A stretch of DNA of 64,000 nt from Anaeromyxobacteraceae bacterium (GTDB taxonomy: Bacteria; Myxococcota; Myxococcia; Myxococcales; Anaeromyxobacteraceae), in assembly GCA_047602405.1 (NCBI GenBank), contig JASGHJ010000002.1:2240001-2304000 (forward strand). Direction: 5' to 3'. Shown piece by piece: positions 50,593-59,794 of the stretch. A program made the translations under genes and the position numbers. The notes beneath the pieces were generated by a model, which was not told the origin of the DNA, searched no databases, and saw nothing but the letters and a program-made list of their open reading frames with translations. The first letter of the stretch is position 1, and every line of letters starts with the position of its first letter.

Positions 50593-50785
50593 GAACCGGG
50601 TATCACTGGGGCACAGCTGTTTCCTGACGATCCGGGCACTTCGGTGGCCCCGGCTGGCCTCGCCCGGAGCCGCTGGTGGTGGAGGGCTGGTGGACGATCC
50701 GCACTTCTCGTGAAGTGGTGGACGACGGGGAGACCGCCTCCATCGTCTAGATTCGATAGCGCCCGCTGCTGACCCCCCGGCGCCT

Positions 50786-51091
50786 TCAGCCGTCGAGAGA
50801 CGGGGCCTTCTCCGCCTGGGGAACGGCAACGGGCCCCTGCCTCGACCGCCACGCCGCCACGCCGGCGATCATCGCGGGCCCGACCGACACGACCAGGAGT
50901 GCGACCCATGTCTGCCACAGGATGCCGAACATCCAGTCGAGCCTCTGGCCATCCACCTTCCAAAGGGCCGTGCAGAAGACGGCCGTCCAGAGGATCAACG
51001 GGACGCCGAAGGCGCCCAGTTCCCTTACGATGCCCGCCGCCGTGTCGAGCGAGCGCTGTGCCGCTCCGTCGCTCAGGCGGCCTCCTTCCAT
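50786..51091 (-). CDS. Small two-TM hypothetical protein
   Basis: Two hydrophobic segments; overlaps the upstream stop. Start uncertain: ATG 51091, or CTG 51076 after AAGGAGG. Confidence 0.5.
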   Translation of the reverse strand: MEGGRLSDGAAQRSLDTAAGIVRELGAFGVPLILWTAVFCTALWKVDGQRLDWMFGILWQTWVALLVVSVGPAMIAGVAAWRSRQGPVAVPQAEKAPSLDG

Positions 51092-51294
51092 GAGAGGACC
51101 GTCTTGCAGGTCGGGCATGGCGAAGTCCCCTGCTTGAGCGAGGTGCCACACCTGGGGCATGGCATCCGAGGGTTGGCGAGCTTCTCCAGCACGCTCGCGC
51201 CCAAGATGACCCCGGCCACCGTGAGGAGGACGAGCCCTAGGCCGCCCCAGAAACCATCCCCTCCAGGTGACGTAGTCGAGGCCATCGAGGACAT
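51073..51294 (-). CDS. Small membrane-anchored zinc-ribbon protein
   Basis: One TM helix, then CPRC-x9-CPTC. Confidence 0.65.
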   Translation of the reverse strand: MSSMASTTSPGGDGFWGGLGLVLLTVAGVILGASVLEKLANPRMPCPRCGTSLKQGTSPCPTCKTVLSWKEAA

Positions 51295-51369
51295 CCTATC
51301 AATCCGGCCGCCGGTACGGGCGTGTTCGTCGCTCCGCCCAGACGTCCGTGCCTGCGCAGGGCAAAGCGC

Positions 51370-51510
51370 CTAGCGCTTCTTCGTCGGATTCACGTGGTCG
51401 AGCACCAGCTTCGTCGGTGGCCTCGGCGGCGGAGGTGGCGGAGCCGGCTTCGGTGCCGGCGCGGGCTTGGTGCTCTTGGCTGGCGACGTCTTCGTGGGCT
51501 TAGCGGTCAC
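51370..51510 (-). CDS. 46-aa Pro/Lys-rich peptide (below the ORF-track cut-off)
   Basis: AAGGAG-N6-GTG, then [44 protein letters not shown]. Confidence 0.5.
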   Translation of the reverse strand: MTAKPTKTSPAKSTKPAPAPKPAPPPPPPRPPTKLVLDHVNPTKKR

Positions 51511-52234
51511 GAGCGGCTCCTTGGTGGGGTACTGGATTGGGACGAGCCGGGGGCCCTGCCGGCACGACCTCTACTGGCCCTTGAAGGTGAACGGGCTGAA
51601 GCTGGACCGGACCCTGAACCTGAAGTGGACCGAGGGGGACGGGGGCAACGACCTGAACCGAAACGGGCGTCGCCATGTTGACCTCGACGGCCTTGGTCTC
51701 CTTGGTGCCGAGGATCAGGTAGGCGATGCCGCTCACGACCAGCGCCCCGGCCGCGAGGACCAGGCCGCGCCCCGCCATGACCATGAGCCTCGATCGATGG
51801 GCGTTCTTCTCCGCGTTGAAGTCGGCCGCCTCGCACACGTTCTGCGAGAGATCGCGTTCGAGGTGCGCCGCCGTCTCTCCGTCCACATCGGCGTACTGAA
51901 CGTACGACGCGCGCAGACCGTCCGCGTGCTCGATCCACGTCTGCATGGAGGCCGGGAAGGCTGTGCCGTACCCCCACATCACGGCGAGCACGAGGCCGAA
52001 CACGATCAACGTGATCAGGCTGAGCACGACCGCCGACACGACGAAGATCCAGTAGACGTGGGCCGGCTGTGGGTTCGGCGGCTGGTCGATGAACCGCAGG
52101 ACCGCCGCCGCGAAGACGGCGAGCACGACCAAGTGAACTCCGATCCTCGTGTGCGCCTCGGCGTACCGGGAGAGTTCCTGTCGTTGCCGTTCGCGTGCCT
52201 CTTCCAGCAGAATCCCTGCGACCTTTCGCCCCAT
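51500..52234 (-). CDS. Hypothetical three-TM membrane protein
   Basis: Two N-terminal TMs, a helical loop (EAADFNAEKNAHRS), a third TM. Start uncertain. Confidence 0.65.
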   Translation of the reverse strand: MGRKVAGILLEEARERQRQELSRYAEAHTRIGVHLVVLAVFAAAVLRFIDQPPNPQPAHVYWIFVVSAVVLSLITLIVFGLVLAVMWGYGTAFPASMQTWIEHADGLRASYVQYADVDGETAAHLERDLSQNVCEAADFNAEKNAHRSRLMVMAGRGLVLAAGALVVSGIAYLILGTKETKAVEVNMATPVSVQVVAPVPLGPLQVQGPVQLQPVHLQGPVEVVPAGPPARPNPVPHQGAARDR

Positions 52235-52358
52235 GATCTCACGTAGATGAGCACTCGGCCCGTGTGGGCGAGGGCATGCTGAAACACGAAGCCTTCGACC
52301 CCTCCACGGACCCATAGTGCATGGGGGACTGACATGCATCTCAGGGGGGCTCCGTGAA

Positions 52359-53510
52359 CTACGGGACGAAGTAGTCCCGGATCGTCTCACCCTCGCTGAC
52401 GAAGTCGCCACCGGGCCCGACATAGCGCATCAACTCACCGTCGGCGTGGACGAGAGCCGGGATCGGTCGGAACGAGTCCAGCCCCGTCACGTGCGGCCTC
52501 GCCGGGTTGGCCATGACGCGCGCCTGGATGTGGAAACCGCGCTCGCCCATCCCCACTTCGAACGGGAGCACCGCGTCCAGCCTCTGGCGCATGCGGGCCC
52601 CGTCGGCATCGGGCTTCCAGACGGCCGCATCGGGTCGCCGATCGATGCGGACTTCATCAGCCGGGCGTTCTGGGCCGATGGGGACCACGAACACCTCGGT
52701 GCCGAACAGAACCTGATCGACAGCACGGAACAGACCACCGGTGTCGATCCCCTGCAACGCGATGATGTGGGAGAAGCGGTACTTGGTCAGCTTCTCGTTC
52801 AGCGCTGCTCGAACAGCCGGAGCATCATCAATGCTGATGGCCATGGCGGGCGAGTACGCGAAGAAGACTCCAACCTCCTCGTCGAAGGCCGGCAACAGCT
52901 TGAAGCGGATCAGGATGCCCGGCTCCTGGTAGACGTGCGGGCCTGGGTCGCCTGCCAGGATCTTGTCCTTCAGGAACTTGAAGAACCCCTTCAGCGACTT
53001 CCGCCCGTCGATGGAGATGGTCGAGAACTGCGCGGGGGTGCGAGCCCTAACTGAGCGAAGCTCGGCGCGGAGTCGCTGATGGCCATCGGGCACGCCGAGC
53101 GGACCTGCCACATGCCGCACCTCGACGATGAAGCACACCGGGCCCTTCCGGAGTCGCAGGTCAGGTGTGAGACCGTCGATCTCCGGTTCGAACTCGACTT
53201 CCCAGCCATGGCCGTGAAGAGTCTTGGCCAACAAGAGCATGCCCAACGCGGCCATCGACTGCTTGGCGTCGTCGGCACGGAGCGGGCCGAGCAGACGAGG
53301 CCGGAGCCGCTCCGGGACCAGAAGCGCGGCCTCCTCGAGCTGGATCCGGCCGAGGTCGAAGGCGTCGCCCTCCACCAGCGCCCACCGGTCAAGGAGCGAG
53401 CGTCTGGCCTCCGGACGAGCACGCGCACGCGCGACCTGCTCGGCCGAGAAGATCAGCGGTTCTGCCACATCGACCAGGCTACCACCCACCAACGACACGG
53501 ATGGGCTCAT
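52359..53510 (-). CDS. Hypothetical protein with PD-(D/E)xK-like nuclease motif
   Basis: GWEVEFEPEIDGLTPDLRL...FIVEVR. Appears in the track as the tail of the 1262-aa ORF only because of the upstream frameshift. Confidence 0.6.
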   Translation of the reverse strand: MSPSVSLVGGSLVDVAEPLIFSAEQVARARARPEARRSLLDRWALVEGDAFDLGRIQLEEAALLVPERLRPRLLGPLRADDAKQSMAALGMLLLAKTLHGHGWEVEFEPEIDGLTPDLRLRKGPVCFIVEVRHVAGPLGVPDGHQRLRAELRSVRARTPAQFSTISIDGRKSLKGFFKFLKDKILAGDPGPHVYQEPGILIRFKLLPAFDEEVGVFFAYSPAMAISIDDAPAVRAALNEKLTKYRFSHIIALQGIDTGGLFRAVDQVLFGTEVFVVPIGPERPADEVRIDRRPDAAVWKPDADGARMRQRLDAVLPFEVGMGERGFHIQARVMANPARPHVTGLDSFRPIPALVHADGELMRYVGPGGDFVSEGETIRDYFVP

Positions 53511-53539
53511 GCCCCCCGCGCAGTCGTCGCTCCTGCGAC

Positions 53540-56147
53540 CTACGACTCGTACGGCCCCAGGAAGCGCTCGCCGTTGAAGTGGATCATGTGGCTGGGCGAC
53601 TCGGCCACCCAGACCTCGGACTCCCACGAGATTCTCGTTCAGGTAGCGCACCATCGCGGGCCGGCTGAGGAAGGCCGTGACGAAGACGAGGCCCGCCTTG
53701 CAGCCGGCGAAGAGGGCCTTCAGTTCGTCCCGGCGCTTGGGGTTCACGGGGCCGTGGCTGGTCACGGCCTCCACGAGGACGAGCCAGTTCTTCTTCCGGA
53801 AGAAGACGACTGCGTCAGGCATCTTCCCGTGGGCGTCCACGTTGACGCCCAAGCCCGTCAGTCCCGGCTCGTCGAAGCAGGCCCACTTCTGGTCGGCGTC
53901 GCCCAGGTACATCACCTCGCCCCCGGGCGTGAACCGGGGGCAGAACTCCTCGACGATGAGCTTGATGAGTTCGTTCTGCCCGCCCGGCGACAGGGTCAGC
54001 TTCTTCCCGGAGGGCAACTTCACGGGGATCCGCTCCATCTCCCGTTCCCTGGCGTACCGGACGGTCAGCGACGGCATCGCCTTCAGATAGGAGGCCAGCT
54101 TCCCGCTCCACGCCGGCGTGCCGAACGACCTGAACAACTCCAGCGCGCCCGCCTCGACCTGGTAGACGGCCTGGGGGCTGTTCACGGGGCGCTCGGGCTT
54201 GTCCGGGTTCTTCAAGACGAACCCCGCCTCGACGAACTGGTGGATCGTGAAACGCCTCACCGTCTCGCGCGAGTTCGGCGCGTACCGCTTGCCGAAGTGG
54301 TCGGCGAAGTAGTCCATCATCTCGGTGATGCCCCTGAGCGGGCTCGATGCGCTCGCCCAGCGGCTGGTCGGCTTCAGGTCGAGCAGCGCGAGCAGGGTCA
54401 GCGCCGAGCGGAGGTTCTGCTGCTCCTCCGGAACACCAAGCTGTCTGAGGACGCTCATGGCCTCCTCGACACGCTTCTCGCCCTTCAGGCCCGTCTCGTC
54501 GTCGTCCCCTGCCATCCCGAGCACCTCCTCGACGACCAGGTCCAGGTCGTCCTGCGTCGGAATGCTACCTCCGATCCGGCGACCGAGGCGCTCCAGATCT
54601 TCACGACGAGGATAGGGGAGCCCGCGCAGATCGGTGGCGTTCACCTGGGTGTGGCCGCTGAACTGGCGGAAGAACGTGTCCACCATCGTCGAGTTCAAGT
54701 AGGCCGCGAGCCCGCGCGCGAGATCGTCGGGCAGTTCCTTCCCGCCCTGGTGGAAGTAGTTGAGGTGGTTCTCGAACCCCCAGCGCGGATGCGGCGCATC
54801 GTCACGCCGGATGACGGCAGCGACGACGCGACGCGGCTCCTCCTTCGCCGAGAAGCGCTTCACCAACACGTACGTCCCCGCCGGCACCATCAGCGACGCC
54901 GTCTCGGCCTGGTCGGACAGAGCGTTCCACTTCCGGAAGCCCGGCTTCGGCCAGACCACCCGTCGGTCCACCAGGTGCCCCGGGTAGACGAGTGGCGCCG
55001 TCCCCTCGACCGGCTCCTTCCTCAGATGCTCCCGCGCGCGAAAATCCACGACGCGGCCGGTCGACACCGCCAGGTCGAGATCGGCCAGCGAAGCCGGCAT
55101 GCGGGCCATCTGGCGTGCCACAGCCGCGTTGGCCTCGTCCGCCACGATGTGGACGAAGTGGTCGTCGTCACCGGACCCGACCACCTCCCCGTACGGCACG
55201 ACCCGCTCCGCGACATCCGGGTCGTCCGGGGAGGCGTTGCTGGTGATGTGGACGGACCCCGACCGGCCCTTCGCCTTCACGGCGTGCAGGATGACGTTCT
55301 CCTGGAGGACCTCATCCTCCCCGAACGCCTTGTCGCGCGACTCGAAGACGTGGAGCCGGGTGAGCCGCATCATGTCGAAGAAGGCACGCCGGAAGGCCCG
55401 ATGGTAGGGGCCGTTGCAGAAGCTCCGCGGCGTGATCGCCACCATCTCGCCGTCGGGCACGAGCAGATGCGCGGCCAGGTAGAGGAAGCCGGTGTAGAGG
55501 TTCGTCGCCTCCAGCCCTGCCGCCTGGAGTCGCACCCGCTCCGCCGAGTTGCTTCTGATCTTCCGGTAGGGTGGGTTGAGGATGGCGAGGTGGAACTCCG
55601 GCCTGGGAGGCGAGAGCAGGCCGCCCTCGACCATCTCGCTCGCCGACTGGACGAAGTCCTCGTGGAGCACCGTCGCCTTGAATCTGACACCAGCCGCTCG
55701 GCATGCCTGCTGGCACAGCGCGACGGTGGCGTGCAGGGCCTTCACCATGACCGGGTCTAGGTCGTAGACCGTCACCTCGATCGCGCGCGGCTTCTTCCCG
55801 CGCGTGCAGAGGTCGGCCACCACCGCCGCCGTGAGCGATCCGACGCCTGCTCCGGCGTCGAGGATCCGAACCACGTCTGGTACCTGCTCCACCATGCCGG
55901 CCATGAAGCGGGCGATCGTCGCCGGCGTCAGGTACTGACCAAGCTCTGCGCGTCGATCCGGGTCCAGGGTCCGGACCACCCTGCCCCGCGCCACCTCCAC
56001 CGAGTCCACCAACCAGTCGAGCGAGGGCCGGTCGTCTGCCGGCCTAGCGGCCGGCCTGAATCTCGTTGTGCGGGCGGAGGTGGGCATGTTGGCGAAGACG
56101 CCATCATAACCCGTCGTCCTGACGGGCTCCTTCACGGGCTCGGACAT
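53540..56147 (-). CDS. Fused N6-adenine methyltransferase (Eco57I/BsuBI-like) and BsuBI/PstI-family restriction endonuclease; frameshift near 53632
   Basis: [38 protein letters not shown]; then [26 protein letters not shown]. Deleting one A restores [10 protein letters not shown]...[14 protein letters not shown]. Confidence 0.88.
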
Positions 56148-56156
56148 GCTGGCGGC

Positions 56157-56351
56157 CTAGTAGTTGCGCGGCATGCAGTTCAGGTTCACGAACCCGACGC
56201 GGCCGTCCTTCATCTTGAAGAACTGGTAGGGCGGACGCTCCGCGCCGAACGGGTTGTCGATCGGCTCGACCACGGTGCTCCTGGGCTCCATCCGTAGCTC
56301 GTCGGGATCGAGCAGGTAGAACCTGACGCCCGCCGGGATGCCGAACGGCAT
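56157..56351 (-). CDS. Small hypothetical protein
   Basis: GAGGAG SD, GC3-biased codons, tightly packed between neighbours. Confidence 0.6.
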   Translation of the reverse strand: MPFGIPAGVRFYLLDPDELRMEPRSTVVEPIDNPFGAERPPYQFFKMKDGRVGFVNLNCMPRNY

Positions 56352-56357
56352 GCCGAC

Positions 56358-56879
56358 CTACTCCTCTGGCCAGCGGGGCGCGTGCGAGACCCAGCGGCGC
56401 CGACCGGTGATGGGGGCGATGACCGGCTCGACGTGGAATTGTTCGCGCACCTCGTCCGCGAGGCGCTGCGCGTGCTCGTCGGTCTGCGCCCAGCCGTGGC
56501 AGAAACCCTCCCAGCCCGCCAGGCGCCGCGCCTCGGGCAGGTAGACGATGGCCCAGCGCAGGTCCGGGTTCCGCGAGACGCGCACGAACGTGCCGACCGG
56601 CGTCGCGGCGGTGAACTTCCACTCCTCGATCTTGTCGGTCATGGGCTCCATCTCCTCGACCTGCTCCTCGTCCGCGTCGCGGGGGTCGTCCTCGTACAGC
56701 ACGATGATCTTCTCGCCGTTCGCCCGCTCGAAGACGCCGAAGCTGCCCGGCTCCAGGTCGAGCCGCAGCGGCTTCACGACTTCGTGGTCCTCCAGGACGT
56801 GGAAATCGCCCCGGCGGCCGAAGAAGGCGGCCCGCGTCTGGTAGCGGGTGCCGGCGCGGAGGCGGACCTTGAAGTTCAC
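56358..56879 (-). CDS. Hypothetical protein
   Basis: GTG overlaps the upstream TGA, GGGAG SD, coding-like composition (NFKVRLRAGTRYQTRAAFF...). Confidence 0.65.
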   Translation of the reverse strand: MNFKVRLRAGTRYQTRAAFFGRRGDFHVLEDHEVVKPLRLDLEPGSFGVFERANGEKIIVLYEDDPRDADEEQVEEMEPMTDKIEEWKFTAATPVGTFVRVSRNPDLRWAIVYLPEARRLAGWEGFCHGWAQTDEHAQRLADEVREQFHVEPVIAPITGRRRWVSHAPRWPEE

Positions 56880-57079
56880 GCCCGGCTCCCGGCCGCCTGG
56901 CGGACGAAGGTGACCTCGTCCAGGACGATGAGGTCGAAGGGATCGGCCTGGTGGCAGGCGAAGGCCACAACCTCCGACTCCAGGCACCGCTCGGACTCGC
57001 CGCAGGGCTGCTCGCCTCGTGCGTCGCGGTACAGCAGCCGCACCGCTGACTCGTCCACGTCCACCCGCCACGTCGCCAT
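56876..57079 (-). CDS. Small hypothetical protein
   Basis: GGAGGAG-N6-ATG; first gene of a coupled run. Confidence 0.6.
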   Translation of the reverse strand: MATWRVDVDESAVRLLYRDARGEQPCGESERCLESEVVAFACHQADPFDLIVLDEVTFVRQAAGSRA

Positions 57080-57255
57080 CACGGACTCCTCCCCGGGCCG
57101 GAGGCCCAGGAGCAGTGCCGGCAGCGACCCGCGCGCGAACGCGCGGGGTACTACCAGCGTCTGCGGCGGAAGGAGGGTGCGGCGGAGGAACGCATCAACT
57201 GCCGGTGTAGCACGGTGACCCTCCGATCGTGTTGATGCTGGTCACGGGCGACGGC

Positions 57256-58122
57256 CTACTTGCTGACGGGGGTGGAGTGGCACCCTTCGATGCCTCCACA
57301 AGCTGCGGCTTTCCGAACCTCGCAGGCCCTCTTGCGGTCGCCCTTCTTCTTCTCGATGAAGTCGGCGTACACGCACGAGTTCCTGTTCCGGACCGAGGCG
57401 TTCGGCTCCAGTTCTAGGGCGTGGGCGTAGGCGGCGTCGGCCTCGTCAGTCTTGCCCATGTAGTCTTTCAACCGGGCGAGATTCCAGTTGTCGACTGGAT
57501 CGTCGGGAGCAAGCACCACCGCGCGCTGAAAGCAGTCCAGCGCCTCCGCGTCGCGCTGAAGCATGGTCAGGGCGGCGCCCATGTTCGAGATGATCGTGTG
57601 GTCGTCCGGAAAATGGCGATCCAGCACTCGGTACAGAAGCACCGCCTGCTCGAAGCCCCGTGCAGTGTAGAACTCGCCCGGGTACGCCTTCCAGGTGGGC
57701 AACCAGTCGCGGGTGGGATGGATCCGAATGCTGTCTTCCAGGGCCTTCACCATCTCCGGCAGCAGACCGGCGAGCCGCAGGACATGCAGGCGCCCCTGGT
57801 GGATGCTCATGTCCTCGGGCGCGAGCGCCACGGCTTCATCCAGATGCTTGGCTGCCCTCCGGAGACCTCCTAGGCGAACATCAGTAACTGCCTTCCCATC
57901 TACCCGCTCTTCGTCCGCCTCGCGGAACGCCAGTCCAGCCTCGACGTTCGCAAGGCACTTGTGGGCTTCCGCCCTGGTGCGCGCGTCCATGGCGCCGAGC
58001 CGCGCCTCGCATTTCGTCTTCGCTGCGATGTAGTCACCCGCCTGGATGAGCGGGAGCCAGTCGTCACCCCCGGGTGTCGGCTGAGCGAGCAGCACCAGGA
58101 ACGCGACCAGATGAACGTTCAT
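57256..58122 (-). CDS. Secreted tetratricopeptide-repeat protein
   Basis: Signal-like start; TPR patterns SNMGAAL...EALDCFQRAVVLAPDD and WNLARL...AYAHALELEPN. Confidence 0.75.
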   Translation of the reverse strand: MNVHLVAFLVLLAQPTPGGDDWLPLIQAGDYIAAKTKCEARLGAMDARTRAEAHKCLANVEAGLAFREADEERVDGKAVTDVRLGGLRRAAKHLDEAVALAPEDMSIHQGRLHVLRLAGLLPEMVKALEDSIRIHPTRDWLPTWKAYPGEFYTARGFEQAVLLYRVLDRHFPDDHTIISNMGAALTMLQRDAEALDCFQRAVVLAPDDPVDNWNLARLKDYMGKTDEADAAYAHALELEPNASVRNRNSCVYADFIEKKKGDRKRACEVRKAAACGGIEGCHSTPVSK

Positions 58123-58137
58123 CTCGGCTCCCGACAC

Positions 58138-58800
58138 CTAGTACTTGAGCTTGATCGCGATGAAGCCCCAGACACCGGGCCGTATCGGGCTGCCGTCCTG
58201 CATCTTCCACTGGCAGGAGCCGACAACACGCGCGACCGCCACTGCCGCTTCGGGTTCGTGACTGCCGAGCGCCTCGAAGTACCTGGGGTGGTTCCCGTCC
58301 GCGCCGAGCGGGAACCGCAACTTCACCATCCCGTCGGGCAGCCTCTTCTCTGAGGTCACCCGGGCCAAGCCGGTGCCCAGGCACTGGAAGTCTGTCGGGA
58401 CGACGTTCACCGTCTTGATCACCGCCTCAGCGCCCAAGGCTTCGGCCGCCCTACACGTGCCCTCGACGCAGGCCGCCCTCGTAGCCGGACATGCCGGAGC
58501 GACCTGCACGAACGGCAGCGCATGACACGCGGCCTCCGTGGACTCCCTCATCTGATTCAGGACCTGCTCAGCCTCCGGGAGGGTGACCCAAGTGTCGCAC
58601 TCCCCTGTCACGTACCTGTCCGCCGTCACGCAGTCGGAGTCGGTCACGCACCGAGATGCTTCCGCACGTTGGCGGTTCTCCGCCCGTTGAGCGGCGCACA
58701 GCGCCTGGGCGTCTGACCCACCTACGGACCTCGCGGCGGCGTGGGGCGGGTTGTGCTGACAACCGACCATCACCAAGGCGATGAGCGCGGCAGATCGCAT
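58138..58800 (-). CDS. Cys-rich hypothetical lipoprotein
   Basis: Lipobox MVGC, CVTDSDC, ACVEGTC. Confidence 0.65.
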   Translation of the reverse strand: MRSAALIALVMVGCQHNPPHAAARSVGGSDAQALCAAQRAENRQRAEASRCVTDSDCVTADRYVTGECDTWVTLPEAEQVLNQMRESTEAACHALPFVQVAPACPATRAACVEGTCRAAEALGAEAVIKTVNVVPTDFQCLGTGLARVTSEKRLPDGMVKLRFPLGADGNHPRYFEALGSHEPEAAVAVARVVGSCQWKMQDGSPIRPGVWGFIAIKLKY

Positions 58801-58852
58801 TCGCTGAGAGTACCGCCTACCCCGCCCACCGTGTTGATCTCGGACAGAATGC

Positions 58853-59386
58853 CTAGGGCTCGTGGACCAAGTGCGTCGGCACGACGCCCGCCGGCTGCCA
58901 GTTCGGGTTCGCCTTCAAGATAATGGCGTGCAGGGCTCGGGTCGTGTCGATGAGGCGCGGCTCGAAGAAGTCCGCGTTGTCGTGCTCGTGCAAGTAGCGC
59001 CACGTCTCGAACGTCTTGTCGCACTCGACCAGCGCCTGGAGCAGGCCGCCGGCATCGACCTGGCGGTCATCGATCCGCACGGCCGCGGCGAGCGCGTCCT
59101 GGGCGGCAGGTGACATCGCCGCTATCAAAGCGCTGAAGCGGTGCGTCTTGGGCGGCGTCGTCCCCTCCAGCCGGACACGGCACTTCAGGGCGAGTTCGAG
59201 GGCCATGCTGGCGCAGCTTGCGGTCGCCTGGATCGGGAAGCGCTCCTGTCCCGCCACGACGGCCGGCGCCTGCCGGTGCCGCTGGAGCACGTTCCAGGCG
59301 CCCAGGAAGTCCTGCGACCCCTGAAGCATGTTGGCTGGCTCTAGGTCGCGCCGGATCTCGTCGTAGATCTCGTCCCAGAACTCCAT
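58853..59386 (-). CDS. HEPN domain-containing protein
   Basis: ALELALKC, PPKTHRFSAL, FETWRY; GGGGAG SD before MEFWDE. Confidence 0.75.
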   Translation of the reverse strand: MEFWDEIYDEIRRDLEPANMLQGSQDFLGAWNVLQRHRQAPAVVAGQERFPIQATASCASMALELALKCRVRLEGTTPPKTHRFSALIAAMSPAAQDALAAAVRIDDRQVDAGGLLQALVECDKTFETWRYLHEHDNADFFEPRLIDTTRALHAIILKANPNWQPAGVVPTHLVHEP

Positions 59387-59794
59387 GACGTTCTCCCCGA
59401 GCCGGCCGATCCCCCCTCCGGCAACGTTACAGTAGGTGGTGGGGATGACGCGGACCTGACACGGGAAGCGCCCCGCCAACCAACCACTCGTGCGTCACCG
59501 GTCGGCCTCAGCCGCCCGGACTGGAGTCGTCTTGTCCTATCAAAACCTCGAGCCCTGCTGCCGCGCACTCGCGGACCAGTCCCTCGCAACTTCGCGGCGG
59601 ACGGCGGCGCGGACCCTTCATCTGGCGGGCACGGGGTATTGGACTCACAGTCCATACCTCTGCCTGTCAGGTCTGAAGTCATTCAAGCGGACCGTGGCCC
59701 AGGTGTTAGGGCCCGCCCGCGGTCCGCGAAGCCTTCAGCCCCTCCCCGCCATCTCAACCTCGCCCCAGGGCCTCGCCGCCCTCCAGGAGCAGCC

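Noticed and set aside
50549..50620. Complete tRNA-Arg gene
   Set aside because: Only the anticodon loop to acceptor 3' strand is present; there is no D-arm or pairing 5' strand.
52359..56147. 1262-aa triple fusion (MTase-REase-unknown) as given by the ORF track
   Set aside because: One extra A near 53632 diverts the frame. The conserved REase C-terminus lies in another frame and stops at 53540, so the third part is best treated as a separate gene.
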